Positions 13,030 through 25,140 of a stretch of 64,000 nucleotides of DNA are shown here, in pieces. The DNA is taken from assembly GCF_030028105.1 (NCBI RefSeq), contig NC_092397.1:31277097-31341096 (forward strand), written 5' to 3'. This DNA comes from Mobula birostris (taxonomy: Eukaryota). How positions within the stretch are numbered: position 1 is the stretch's first letter; each line of letters starts with the position of its first letter. The notes under the pieces were generated by a model that saw only the letters and a list, made by a program, of their open reading frames with translations, was not told the origin of the DNA and did not search any database. The position numbers and the translations under genes are program-made.

Positions 13030-13985
13030 AGATGTTGGGTCTCATTCTTTTCACATTATATGTCAATGATTTGGATGATGGAATTCATGAATTTATTGCA
13101 AAATTTGCAGATGATATGAAGAGACAGGTGGAGGTGCAGGTATTTTTGAGGAAATAGGGAAGGACAGACAGATGAAGAGAATGGGCAAAGAAGTGGCAGA
13201 TGGAATACAGAATTGGGAAGTGTATGGTCATGCACTTTGGTTGAAAAAATAGTAGGGTTGATTATTTTCTAAATGGAGAGAAGATACAAAAAATTGAGGT
13301 ACAAAGGGATTTGGGAGTCATTGTGCAGGATTCTCTAAAGGCTAATTTGTAGGTTGGGTCTCTGCTGAGAAAGGCAACTGTGATGTTAGCATTCATTTCA
13401 AGAGGACTGGAATATAAAAACAAGACTGTAATGTTGAGACTTTATGAAGTACTGGCAAAGTCTCACTTGGAGTATTGGGAGCAGTTTTGGGCCCTGTATG
13501 GAAGGATGAGCTGAAACTGGATGGGTTTCAAACGAGATTCTCTGAAATGATTCCAGGATCAAACAGCTTGTCATATGAAGAACATTTCATGGCTCTGGGC
13601 CTTTTATTCACTGGAATTGAGAACAATGAGGGATGACTAATTGAAACCTATCACTGTGATAAAGTTGATGTGGAGAGGATGGGAGTGTCTAAGACCAGAG
13701 GACACAGCCGCAGTATAGAGGAGCATCCTTTTAGAATGGAGATGAGGAGGAATTTCTTTAGAGAGAGTGGTGAATCTGTGGGATTCGTTGTCACAGGCAG
13801 CAGCTGTGGAGGCCAAGGTATATTTAAGGTAGAGATCGATAGATTCTTGATTGGTCAGAGCATGAAGGGACACATGGAGAAGGCAGGAGATTGGGGCTGA
13901 GAGGAAAAATGGATCAGCCACAATGAAATGTCAGAGCAGACTCGATGGGCCAAATGGTCTAATTCTACTCCTATACCTTAGTCTC
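13030..13985 (+). mobile_element. Decayed CR1 RT 3' end
   Basis: YVNDLDDG..KFADD, LYEVLAKSHLEYWEQFW, FRMEMRRNFF motifs and CR1 3' UTR GGGCCAAATGGTCTAATTCT. Confidence 0.8.
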
Positions 13986-15550
13986 TGTCATCACCTCACA
14001 AACCTCGAGCAACTTTGTCAAGCATGATCTGCCCACACAAAACCATGCTGATTGTCCCTAAGCAGGCCATGCCTTTGCAAATGTGCATAAATCCTGTACC
14101 TCAATATTTAACTCTGACCTGGTGGTCTTTAAACAACTCCCACATGTGGCTGCTCCCAATCAATGCCCCTTGGCTTCTGTCTCACTACGTCCTAACTTGC
14201 CCTCCTGCAATTTAGTACCTTCTTACAAGATCTAATTTTATTCTTACTCATAACTAAGAAAAATATAAGATCCCAAAATTTTCACTGAGTCTTGTCTGTC
14301 TCCTGGTCTGGTTCATTTCCCAAAACTAATTCCCACATGTTCTCAACTCTGGTTGGGCTCGACATAATGTTTCAGACTTTCCTCAGATTCACTGAAGAAA
14401 TCTTGCGCTTCTTAGTATTGAGCAAATTCCAGTCAATTCTAGGGAAGATAAAGTCCCCCCACTGGTTATTGTGGGGCCAGTGCAAACATCCCAACAGTGT
14501 AACTGCAGATTGCCTCTGTAAATTAACCTTCCAGTTTGCAGTGACATTCCCAGTGGGGTAACCTCTGCATCTTTTAACCCCCCCTCCCTCCCCCACTCAC
14601 ATGTAAAACAATCAAACCCAGGAATGTTGAGCTGCCAGCCCTGTCCGTCCGACAACATAAAACTCCTAATGTTGAAATAAACTCATTTCAGCCCAGCAAT
14701 CCCACCATGTTTATTAGCCTGACATTGGCGCTCGTTCTTTTCAGACTGTCTTGTCATACATACATTCTCCCACTTGCTACTCCAGTTCAAACTCTGCCAA
14801 GTGACACCATCAAACCTCCTGGTGAAGATATTGGTTCCCGTCCGGGTCAAATGCAAATGGTCTTGTTTGTCCCGGTCTCCCACCTGCCTGGACCACCCAT
14901 GAATCCATGAATCTGAAACCCTCCCTCCTGCATCAGTTCCTCAGCAACATATTAAACTGCGCGAAATATCGATTTCTCACCACACTAGCGCATGGTTTTG
15001 GTCACAATTCCGCGATTACAATCCTGGAAGTCCTGCTTTTTTTTAACCTAGTTCTCTAAAACCACTGTGTAGGACTTAACATCCCTGCTCATTTAAACCC
15101 TTCCGTGTAGCACGAAGAAGGCTCCCCGGAAACATATTGGCTCCCCTCCTCCTTGGACCCGTCTCTCGTTTCCCTTGAGACCCAAAGATCCTTGTACCTG
15201 AAGAACCACCCACCTCGCACCAGCTCCTCAGCCACCCCTTTACCTGGGCTTTAGAAGGCGCCAGAAGCGCGGTCTATATATCTGGTTATGTATCCTGTTC
15301 TTGTATGTGACCAGTCTTTCATTTCCCTGACGACCCAGCGGAACAATTGTTCTAATGAATCAACCCCCTCATCACTGGAAGTGACTGCACCCTCGCCCAC
15401 CAACTGCTGTGTGTGAGGGCGCTGACACTGGTCATGGGGCCGGGAGGGACAGACCGAGGTCCTCGGGGATTTGTAGAATGGAAAAGCACTTCCTTTAATT
15501 TAAAGCAGGAGAATCGGCAAATTCCCAGAAAACCCCTAGTATGTACGTGG

Positions 15551-16118
<568 letters not shown>

Positions 16119-16151
16119 AAAACTCCCACCTCCTCCCGAGCACAAAACAAA

Positions 16152-16167
16152 GGCTCTTCTAAGAGCC
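16152..16167 (+). terminator. Histone 3' stem-loop; HDE-like CAAACGGAGCCGT at ~16181
   Basis: GGCTCTTCTAAGAGCC followed by ACCCA. Confidence 0.95.
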
Positions 16168-16644
16168 ACCCACCGCCTCACAAACGGAGCCGTATCCACA
16201 GACTTTTAATTATTTTTTATCGATACATTCAGTTGAGTTGCATTTGAAACAGATTGATCGATTCCGCTTGAAACATACTGCAATTCTGCCTTTCCAGTCA
16301 GTGATCACCGCAAAACCTGCATTAGGATCGATTTTAATCCTCTATCAGTTTCGAACAGAAATCAGTTCACTCGTTTAGAGAACGATTCTGCAGTTGTGAA
16401 TTTAAATCTTAACTGAGGAAATTAGATATTAAATTTATTAAACGAAACTGAATTTGTATAATTCGTCATACAATTAATTGTAAATAAAATGTAATCAAGC
16501 ACCGTTGCTGGGTGGTCTTCAATTGCCGGGCGATTTTAAATTAACCTGGCGCCAATCACTCTGCATGAATGAAGTCCGACCGCTCGGCAAATTTTTATTT
16601 GTCGTAAATTTTTATTCGCCGCCAGCCTGCAGGAAATGAATCAA

Positions 16645-16725
16645 CCAATCGCAGTAAGGAACCTTAATAGACACCTGGTTCAGCCAATCAGAGGTGATGG
16701 ACAGACCCTTTCCAAAAGTATAAAA
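16645..16725 (+). promoter_or_regulatory. H3 promoter: CCAAT (16645, 16684) and TATAAAA (16719)
   Basis: Two CCAAT boxes plus TATA ~70 nt before the ATG. Confidence 0.8.
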
Positions 16726-16789
16726 TCCTGTCCCGAAGCACGTTTCGTCTATCTTGTTCCTGTATTTCAGCCTGTGTTCTCGGTTGTGA

Positions 16790-17206
<417 letters not shown>

Positions 17207-17235
17207 ACCCAGCCTCCACAACAAGCACAAGAAAA

Positions 17236-17251
17236 GGCTCTTTTAAGAGCC
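17236..17251 (+). terminator. Histone 3' stem-loop; HDE AAAGGGCTGT at 17268
   Basis: GGCTCTTTTAAGAGCC. Confidence 0.95.
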
Positions 17252-18060
17252 ACTACCACAGCAAAGGAAAGGGCTGTCGCTTGCTGATTATTGTAGTGAC
17301 GATCTGCCTTCCTGATGGGGTTGTTCGGTTTTGCATTAACTGACCGCAATCATCAGCTGTTCTGTGCCGACAGGTTAATTCAGCGAGAGACAGGAGATGA
17401 ACGCGCTCCCTCCCTGTCAGGGTCTCACCTGGCCCTTCACTTCTCCCACAAACCTGGCATGTACAGCTGCTGCGGCTGTTACCGTTTTGTTTGCTTTCGA
17501 CATGCCCGGCTGTCCTTGGAGTGGGAGCATGCGGTCGCGATGGGTACAGTGGGAGATTTCCGAGAGCGGTAATTATATATTTTTGATTTTATTCTTGTAA
17601 ATGTTGTGTGAATAAACTTTTGTAGCTGGTACCTGATTGAAGGTCAGTCGGCAAAGTCGCCGGGTAGGTTATCATATATCTTCCCCCTGCAGTCCATCCC
17701 CAGAGACAGATCCCTCTCTCAAGACGCCCCCTCCCCTCTCACATAGGTTTCAGCAGTTCCCAATCAACTCAGCTGAATCGGGCTTTGGGATGCGAGGTGC
17801 GGAATCTCAGTCACGCTGTCCTGGAGCGGGAGAAGGAACTGGGCCTGCAGACCACCCCACCGGTCTCACTCTCTCTCACACACACACAACCCGAGTGAAA
17901 CGCAGTGTTTCACTTCAAATCTGGGACGTCAGGGCCGCTCTGAATGTCAGAGAGGTACCGGGAAAATCGGGTTTTATGCGGTAAGTTCCCCCGCAAAACT
18001 CAGACGGACCCGGCGCGGGAATCACAATATTCACGATCAGCTCTTTTCTGAGATGTGGGT

Positions 18061-18076
18061 GGCTCTGAGAAGAGCC
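18061..18076 (-). terminator. Histone 3' stem-loop of H1; HDE AAAAGAGCTG at 18038-18047
   Basis: Reverse complement GGCTCTTCTCAGAGCC then ACCCA. Confidence 0.95.
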
Positions 18077-18112
18077 GTTGGGTTCAAACACTTACAAACG
18101 GTATATCTTAAT

Positions 18113-18793
18113 TCACTTTTTGACTGCTGTCTTCTTGGCCGCCGCCTTCTTCGGGGCTGCGAGTTTCTTGGGGCTCTTTGGCTTCGACGCCGCTGGTTTC
18201 TTAGCTGCCGCTTTTTTAGCCGCTGGTTTCTTAGCTGCCGCTTTTTTAGCCGCTGGTTTCTTAGCTGCCGTTTTTTTAGCCGCTGGTTTCTTAGCTGCCG
18301 CTTTTTTAGCCGCTGGTTTCTTAGCTGCCGCCTTTTTAACCGCTGGTTTCTTCGCTGCCGCTTTCTTAGCCGCTGGGTTCTTGGCGCCAGACTTCTTGCT
18401 GGGAGATTTCTTGATGGCAGATTTCTTTACCGATGGCTTGTTCGCTTTCTTCACCGCTTTCACGGCACTTTTTCCTTGACCGGATTTAAAGGATCCCGAA
18501 AGACCCGCGCCCTTGGTCTGAACCAAGGAGCCGCTTTCCACTCTCTTCCTGATGCACATCCTGATCTGGGCGCGACGTTTCCCCACATCGACACCGCTGC
18601 TGGTCAGAGCCTTCATGATGGCCACAGCGGACATCCCCTTCCTATCGCGACAATCCGCCACAATCTTATCGATTTGTTCGCCCAGTTTGGGACCGGCTGG
18701 TTTGCTCCGGCCGGCCGCCTTCTTCTTGGGAGTCGTCTTTGCGGCGGCGGGTGCGGCTGGAGGAGCCGTTTCGGCGGGTGCTGTCTCGGTCAT
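18113..18793 (-). CDS. H1: Linker histone H1 (226 aa)
   Basis: [16 protein letters not shown]-terminus, globular domain ([24 protein letters not shown]), K/A/P-rich tail, stem-loop downstream. Confidence 0.97.
   Translation of the reverse strand: MTETAPAETAPPAAPAAAKTTPKKKAAGRSKPAGPKLGEQIDKIVADCRDRKGMSAVAIMKALTSSGVDVGKRRAQIRMCIRKRVESGSLVQTKGAGLSGSFKSGQGKSAVKAVKKANKPSVKKSAIKKSPSKKSGAKNPAAKKAAAKKPAVKKAAAKKPAAKKAAAKKPAAKKTAAKKPAAKKAAAKKPAAKKAAAKKPAASKPKSPKKLAAPKKAAAKKTAVKK
18189..18384 (-). repeat. 30-bp coding tandem repeat in H1 tail ([10 protein letters not shown], ~6.5 copies)
   Basis: Unit GCCGCTGGTTTCTTAGCTGCCGCTTTTTTA repeated with period 30. Confidence 0.95.
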
Positions 18794-18868
18794 GTCGGCG
18801 ACTCTGGAAAATGCTTCTCACAATCAGACTGAATGAGAACTGAAGCGAAAGGCGGCGGCCCAGAGCAA

Positions 18869-19293
18869 TTTAAAGACAGCGAGCGGACGGGGCGGAGACA
18901 TCCTGCTGTCAGCTCCCGGAGACTTCATTTTTCTGTGTTTCTCTCTCCTCAAAAACTCTCCGATTCCAATTAAAATCGGACACTCCAGAGACTCAGACTG
19001 GTCCTTTCCGTCACTGAGGCCGCAAAGTTCGCCGGAAAGAGAGTTTAATCGGGATTAAAGGCAGCACTTTCTATTTTAACCCGTTTGATTACTGCACTGC
19101 CCGCGATCTCTCTCCATTTTGTTGACCTGTTCTCTGCTTTTCGGCTGAAATTTTGAAACTAACTAAAACTTTGCGGTTAATTCCCGCTTCGGGACTGAGC
19201 TGGGGAGTGGGCCGATCCCATAACAGAGAAATCTTTTCTTTTTGTACAGGAGGCGCTGGGAAATCTGGCGATGTGTTCGGACCCACAAACACA
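18869..19293 (-). promoter_or_regulatory. H1 promoter: TTTAAA box, GC box, H1 AC box (AAACACA, 18934-18940) and upstream TG box (TGTGTTT, 19287-19293)
   Basis: Motifs read on - strand upstream of the H1 ATG. Confidence 0.7.
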
Positions 19294-19375
19294 GTGATAC
19301 TCGTCTAATCGCCCGCCGCTTTCAAACACTGTCTCTGAATCAGCAAGTCAGGCAGCATCAATGCTGAGAATGAAC

Positions 19376-19411
19376 AGTCGACATTTCGGGCCGAGTCCCT
19401 TCATCAGGACT
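19376..19411 (-). ncRNA. Minimal type I hammerhead-ribozyme-like motif in a Penelope-derived repeat
   Basis: - strand AGTC-CTGATGA-A-GGG(ACTCGG)CCC-GAAATGTC-GACT: core boxes, helix II and helix I (AGTC/GACT). Confidence 0.6.
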
Positions 19412-22400
19412 CTGGTGGGAGATGCTGCCTGACTTGCTGGGTTCCTCCAACATTTTGGCCGCGTTGTTCGCCATTCCCAGAATCTCTTGGCGTTATGCTG
19501 ACACAATGTTCACATCTGCACCTTCAGAGGCCTGTACTGCTGTCAGAACAAAACGACAGGTTCCTCGTCATATAACACGGTGATAAATCTGATTCTGATT
19601 CCAAGGAATGAAGGACAAAGGACATTGTCTGGCCAAACTGACTATGTAACTGAGAACCTCGGGTCCGGGAAATATACCTTGGAAATCTTTTCTACACTTT
19701 CCCCAGTTTAACCACGTTTCCTATAATGGTGACAAGAGCTGTATACAAATCGGCAAGTGTGTCCTCCAGTCATTTACACAACTGTGACATAATGTCACAA
19801 CTGATATACTCTATCCCCTGACTAATGAAGACCAGCATGTTAAACCCCGTTCTTCACCACCCTGTCTGCAAGTGACACAACTTTCAATGAACTGTGTTCA
19901 CTTTACCCCTAAATCTCTCCGGCCCATTCCAGTCCCCAATGACCGATCATTCATAGTGTAAGTTCTACATTGGTTTGACTTTCCAATATGCACCGCCTCA
20001 CACTTATCTGTATTGAAATGCATTTGCCACACTTGACCCTCTTCCCTAAGTGATCATGAGCACCCTGTAATCCGCGACATCCTTCCAAGTAAAGTTGAGG
20101 GAAGTTACTCCAACTCATTAATAAAACTTTTGTGCACTGGCATTGATCAGTGAAGGTGATTAGTATCAAATTCAAAATCATGTTCATTATCACGGACATA
20201 TGTCATTAACTTTGTTGTTTTGCTACAGCAGTACAGAGCAATTTCTTTAAAAAAACAGTTAAAATAAGAAGTACAGAATAAACTAAATCGTGTAAAAAGA
20301 GGATCAGGGAGGGGTGTGAGTCTGAAGATGAGAATAGGAAACCTAAAACCTTGTCCATTCTTGCCTCTTTTACTCTTCATATATCTGAAAATAAATCTTT
20401 TTGTATCTTGTTTCTATTATTGGCCAGTTACTTTCATAATTCATCTGACTTCTGCATATTGTTATTATAGTTGTTCTGTTTTTTTTTAAGTTTCCCATTC
20501 CTTTAGCTTCCCATTAATTTTGGTGATATTCTTTGCCCTCTCATGTTCTTTTATGCTGCCTTTGTCTTCTGTTGTTAGTGATGGTTGCCTCATCCTCCCT
20601 TTTAAATACTGTTTCTGCTGAGGGATGAACCAATCCTGTGTCTGCCAAATTTCTCCTGGAGACTGAAACTTTTCATACAAGGTAATCTGGGAAAGTTGAA
20701 ATGCCCAACTGCTGTAAACTTGTTCCCATTACCCCTCTGTGTGATTTACTAATATGTCTGCTGCACAATATCTGAGCCAATTGGGAGGCCGGCAGTATAA
20801 TCCCATCAAAATCATCATTCATCATTTTATTTAAAACCTATACTTACAAGACCTCATCAAAACCCCTCTTATCACTGAAGTGTTGGTCTCCTTATTCAAA
20901 GATGCAACATCCCCCACCCATAAGGTAGCTTTTAAATGTTTCCCCTTCATCTTAAACAATTACCCTGTAAATTTAGGCTTCCCTACCCTACAAAAAGAGT
21001 GCTCACCTACTGATTTTGTAAACCTTTGGACGGTCACCAGACAGCTCCTTACTCTCTCAGGAGAGAGAAAGAGAGTCCCAGTCTGTCCAGCTTCTGCTGA
21101 TAATTAAAGTCCTCCAGTGTCAGTAACATTCTCATCAAACTTCCCTCCACACTTGGCAGCTTCATGACATCTTTCCTGCAACTGGATGACCAGAACTGTG
21201 CAAAATACAGTCTGGTCTCACTTTGACTTTTACAGCTGTCATACGGCATCCCAAATTCTCTACTCAGTTCCCTGATCAATGAAGACAAATAGGCCAAACA
21301 CCACCCTCACCATCCTGACTACCTGTGTTGTCTCTTTCAGTGAATGATGTTTCTGTATTTCATGGAACCTCTTCTATAATACTCTCCAAGGAACAAGAAT
21401 TTACTGTGCAGATCCTTCCCTGGTTGAACTTCTCATAATGCAACACCTCAAACTTGTCCACATCAATATCCTTCTGCCATTTTTTGGCCGACTTCCCCAG
21501 TTAATCTCCATCCTATTGTACTCTCACACAATCTTCACAGTCCACACTACCACCAACATTGCTGTCATCTGCAAACTCACTGTCACTACAATGTCAGAAA
21601 ATTGTTAATGTAGATGACAACTGACAGTACCAGCACCGATCCCTGTGACTGTCACTGGTCAGAGGCCTCCAACCTGAATAACAAGCTGCCATGACCACCC
21701 TCTGTCTCCTTCCATCAAGACAAGTATCTTGTCTGGCATCCCCTCTGCTCTAAATGTGTAATACAAAAGAAATAAAGATTAAATCAAAATATATCTACCT
21801 ATGGCCTACATCTCTCAGAAGAGACGAAACCTGAACTCCCCACTCCAATTCTGGCCCACTCATACAATGACCGCTCTGGTTAAGTCTAATTTCTTTTTAT
21901 TGGATCTTGCCACGTTCCGAATTATGGGCAATCAAACATTTCCTCGGGAACTGTGACATGCAAAATGTGCCAACTGCCCAGGTTCACTTCATCAAACTCC
22001 CTCTCCCTTTACATAATCTGATAACTGTGTGGAACTGTGGCACTCAAAACTGTGGACTACAGGAAACCAGAGTACATGCCTGCACTGTTCTACAAGGCCA
22101 CAAATGATTAAAAAAACACTGTATAACAAACACTGGAATTCCCCAACTGAGATGAATGGGGAGGCTGGATAACTGAAAAGATTCAAAGAGAAGGAAGATA
22201 AATGTTTTGTAAAATCAGGGAAGTGGGATTGACATACAAGGAAGGCTGATGGCAGATCAGCCTTTATATGGAATTGTGGGTGAGGGACTAAGAGAGGACA
22301 CACTGGAGGGTTCATCCAGTGGGACAATGTGGATAGAGCTCAGGATAAGAGAGGTGCATTCACTGATGGGGTTATACCACAGGCCTCCCAAATGCCAGCA

Positions 22401-22594
22401 GGAGATAAAGGAACAGAAATGTAGCAGGTAATGAAAGATGTAAAAGCAACAGGGTAGTTGCAGTGGGTGACTAATTTCCCCAATGTTGACTGGGATTCCC
22501 TTAGAGTCAGGGGCTGAGATATCACCAAATATGTTAGAAGAATACTGGGATGTTACTTAATATAGAAGTGGATAGTCTAACCCGGGAAGGGAGC

Positions 22595-23240
22595 CATAGA
22601 AACATAGAAAATAGGTGCAGGAGTAGGCCATTCGGCCCTTCGAGCCTGCACCGCCATTTATTATGATCATGGCTGATCATCCAACTCAGAACACCGCCCC
22701 AGCCTTTCCTCCATACCCCCTGACCCCCGTAGCCACAAGGGCCATATCTAACTCCCTCTTAAATATAGCCGATGAACTGGCCTCAACTGTTTCCTGTGGC
22801 AGAGAATTCCACAGATTCACCACTCTCTGTGTGAAGAAGTTTTTCCTAATCTCGGTCCTAAAAGGCTTCCCCTCTATCCTCAAACTGTGGCCCCTCGTTC
22901 TGGACTTCCCCAACATTGGGAACAATCTTCCTGCATCTAGCCTGTCCAATCCCTTTAGGATCTTATACGTTTTAATCAGATCCCCCCCTCAATCTTCTAA
23001 ATTCCAACGAGTACAAGCCCAGTTCATCCAGTCTTTCTTCATATGAAAGTCCTGCCATCCCAGGAATCAATCTGGTGAACCTTCTTTGTACTCCCTCTAT
23101 GGCAAGGATGTCTTTCCTCAGATTAGGGGACCAAAACTGCACACAATACTCCAGGTGTGGTCTCACCAAGGCCTTGTACAACTGCAGTAGTACCTCCCTG
23201 CTCCTGTACTCGAATCCTCTCGCTATAAATGTCATAGAAA
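22595..23240 (-). mobile_element. Young 5'-truncated CR1 LINE 3' end with 8-bp TSD CATAGAAA
   Basis: Near-identical to 31620-32252; ends in (TTTCTATG)n tail; inserted in an older CR1 endonuclease remnant. Confidence 0.92.
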
Positions 23241-24289
23241 ACATTGTATTGGGAAATGAGCCTGGCCATTGATAGAAGTTTCATTTTGGGAACAGTAAAT
23301 AAGGACAAGACTGGACCTGGTGGTAATATGGTCATTTGGGGTACAGTTAATTGCAACTGTCTACATTGAACATGTAAATGATGTTTAAAAGCAATCGGGT
23401 CAGAATTCAGACAGAACTGTTTCTATGAGGAGGAAACACAAGGATGGTAAAGTCTGGCAGAGGGGCATAGTGAGAGATGTTATGAATTCAGACTGAAAGA
23501 AAATGAAGGATAAGGAATATTTCAGAAGTAGAAATTGGAGAAAGCCTCTGGCAACATGAAACAAGTAAGAGAGAAGTTAGAGAGAGAATCAGAAGTGTGA
23601 AATGGGAAGAAGAAATAACTTTGGTGAGAAGGGGCACTGCGAAGAGGGTACGACAACACAAGCACAGAGGAGAGAGTTTATGTCTGAAGTGTGCGAAGGA
23701 CTAAACCTGTACTTCTCATCAGTATTCATCAATGTGGTCATGGAGGATAGTGAGATCAGAGAAGGGAATGTTGATATTCCAGGGCATGTTGTTCCTCAGG
23801 CAATGGAGACAAATTACAGATTGGTGAGTCTTGGATCAATGTTCGGGAAATTATTCGAGAATATTATTAGAGATAGGATCTCTAATAAAAGTTTGGAGGG
23901 TAAAAGGAGGATATCATGATTCAGAAGGCAAAGTGAGCAAAATCCAAGAGATTCTCTTGGTATATTCATAGGAAAAGTTAAGTTAGACACAGAATCGTTC
24001 CCCTTGGAGGTGAACATGGCCATCTGTGTGTGGAGGCAAATGAAATAGGAGAGGCTATCCATGAATATTTCTGACAGTTATTTCACCATTGCAAAAATTC
24101 TTTAAGGTTGTTAAATCTCCAGGGCTTTATCAGGTACATTCTCATACTTTGTGGGAAGCTGGAGAATACACTGTGGAGGCCAGGGGGGAGATTATTTTGC
24201 TTCATCTCAGGCACCAGTTGAGGTTGCACATGATTGGACAGGGTAACTAATGTGGAATTGATAGTTTTGAGGCCCAGACTGTGGATGAT

Positions 24290-25140
24290 ATGAAGAGGCA
24301 GGCTGTGTTGAGGAAGCACTTGGACAGATTTGGAGAATGGACAAGGAAGTGCCAGATGAAATACAGTGTAATGAAGTGTGTGGTCATGTACTCTGGTAGG
24401 AGGAATAACACCCTAGGCTCTTTCTAATCAGGGAGAGAACAGAAATCAGTTGTGTGAAGGGTCTTAGTGCACGATTCCCTAAAGGTTAATGCACACATTG
24501 AGTTGGTAGTGAGGAAGGCAAATGTAATACTTGCATGCATTTCAAGAGAACTAGAAAATAAAAACAAGGATCTAATGCTGAGGCTTTGGTCAGACCTTAT
24601 TTGGAGTATCATGAGCAGGCTTGGGTAACTTTTCTAAGAAAGGATGTGCTGGCATTGCAGAGGCTGTAGTGGAAATTCACGAGAATGATCCCAGGACTGA
24701 AAGAGTTAGGATGTAATAATCATTTGATAATCTGGGCCTGCAGTCACTGGAGTCTAGAAGAATGAGGGAGAATCTTATAGAAACACATTGAATATTGAAC
24801 GGCCTAGATAGCGTTGATGTGAGAGGATGTTTCCAATAATGGAGGAATCTAGAACCAAACCACACCCTCAATAAAAGATGCCCCTCTAGAATAGAGATGA
24901 GTAATTTCTTTAGTCAGAAGGTGATGAATCAATGGATTTCATTTCCACAGGCAGCCATAAAGGCAGTCAGTGGGTTTATTTAAAGCAGAGGTTAGTAGAT
25001 TTTTAATTATTATTAAGGGTATCAAAGTTTATGGGTAGAAGGCAGGAGAATGGGGTTGAGAGGGATATATGATGGAATGGCAGAACAGACTGAATGGGCC
25101 AAAAGGCCTAATCCTGCTCCTATGACTTCAGGACTGATGG
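24290..25140 (+). mobile_element. Decayed CR1 RT 3' end
   Basis: LDRFGEW..QMKYSV.KC.VM and CR1 3' UTR GGGCCAAAAGGCCTAATCCTGCTCC; 19.6-28.2 kb is almost entirely such CR1 debris on both strands. Confidence 0.7.
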
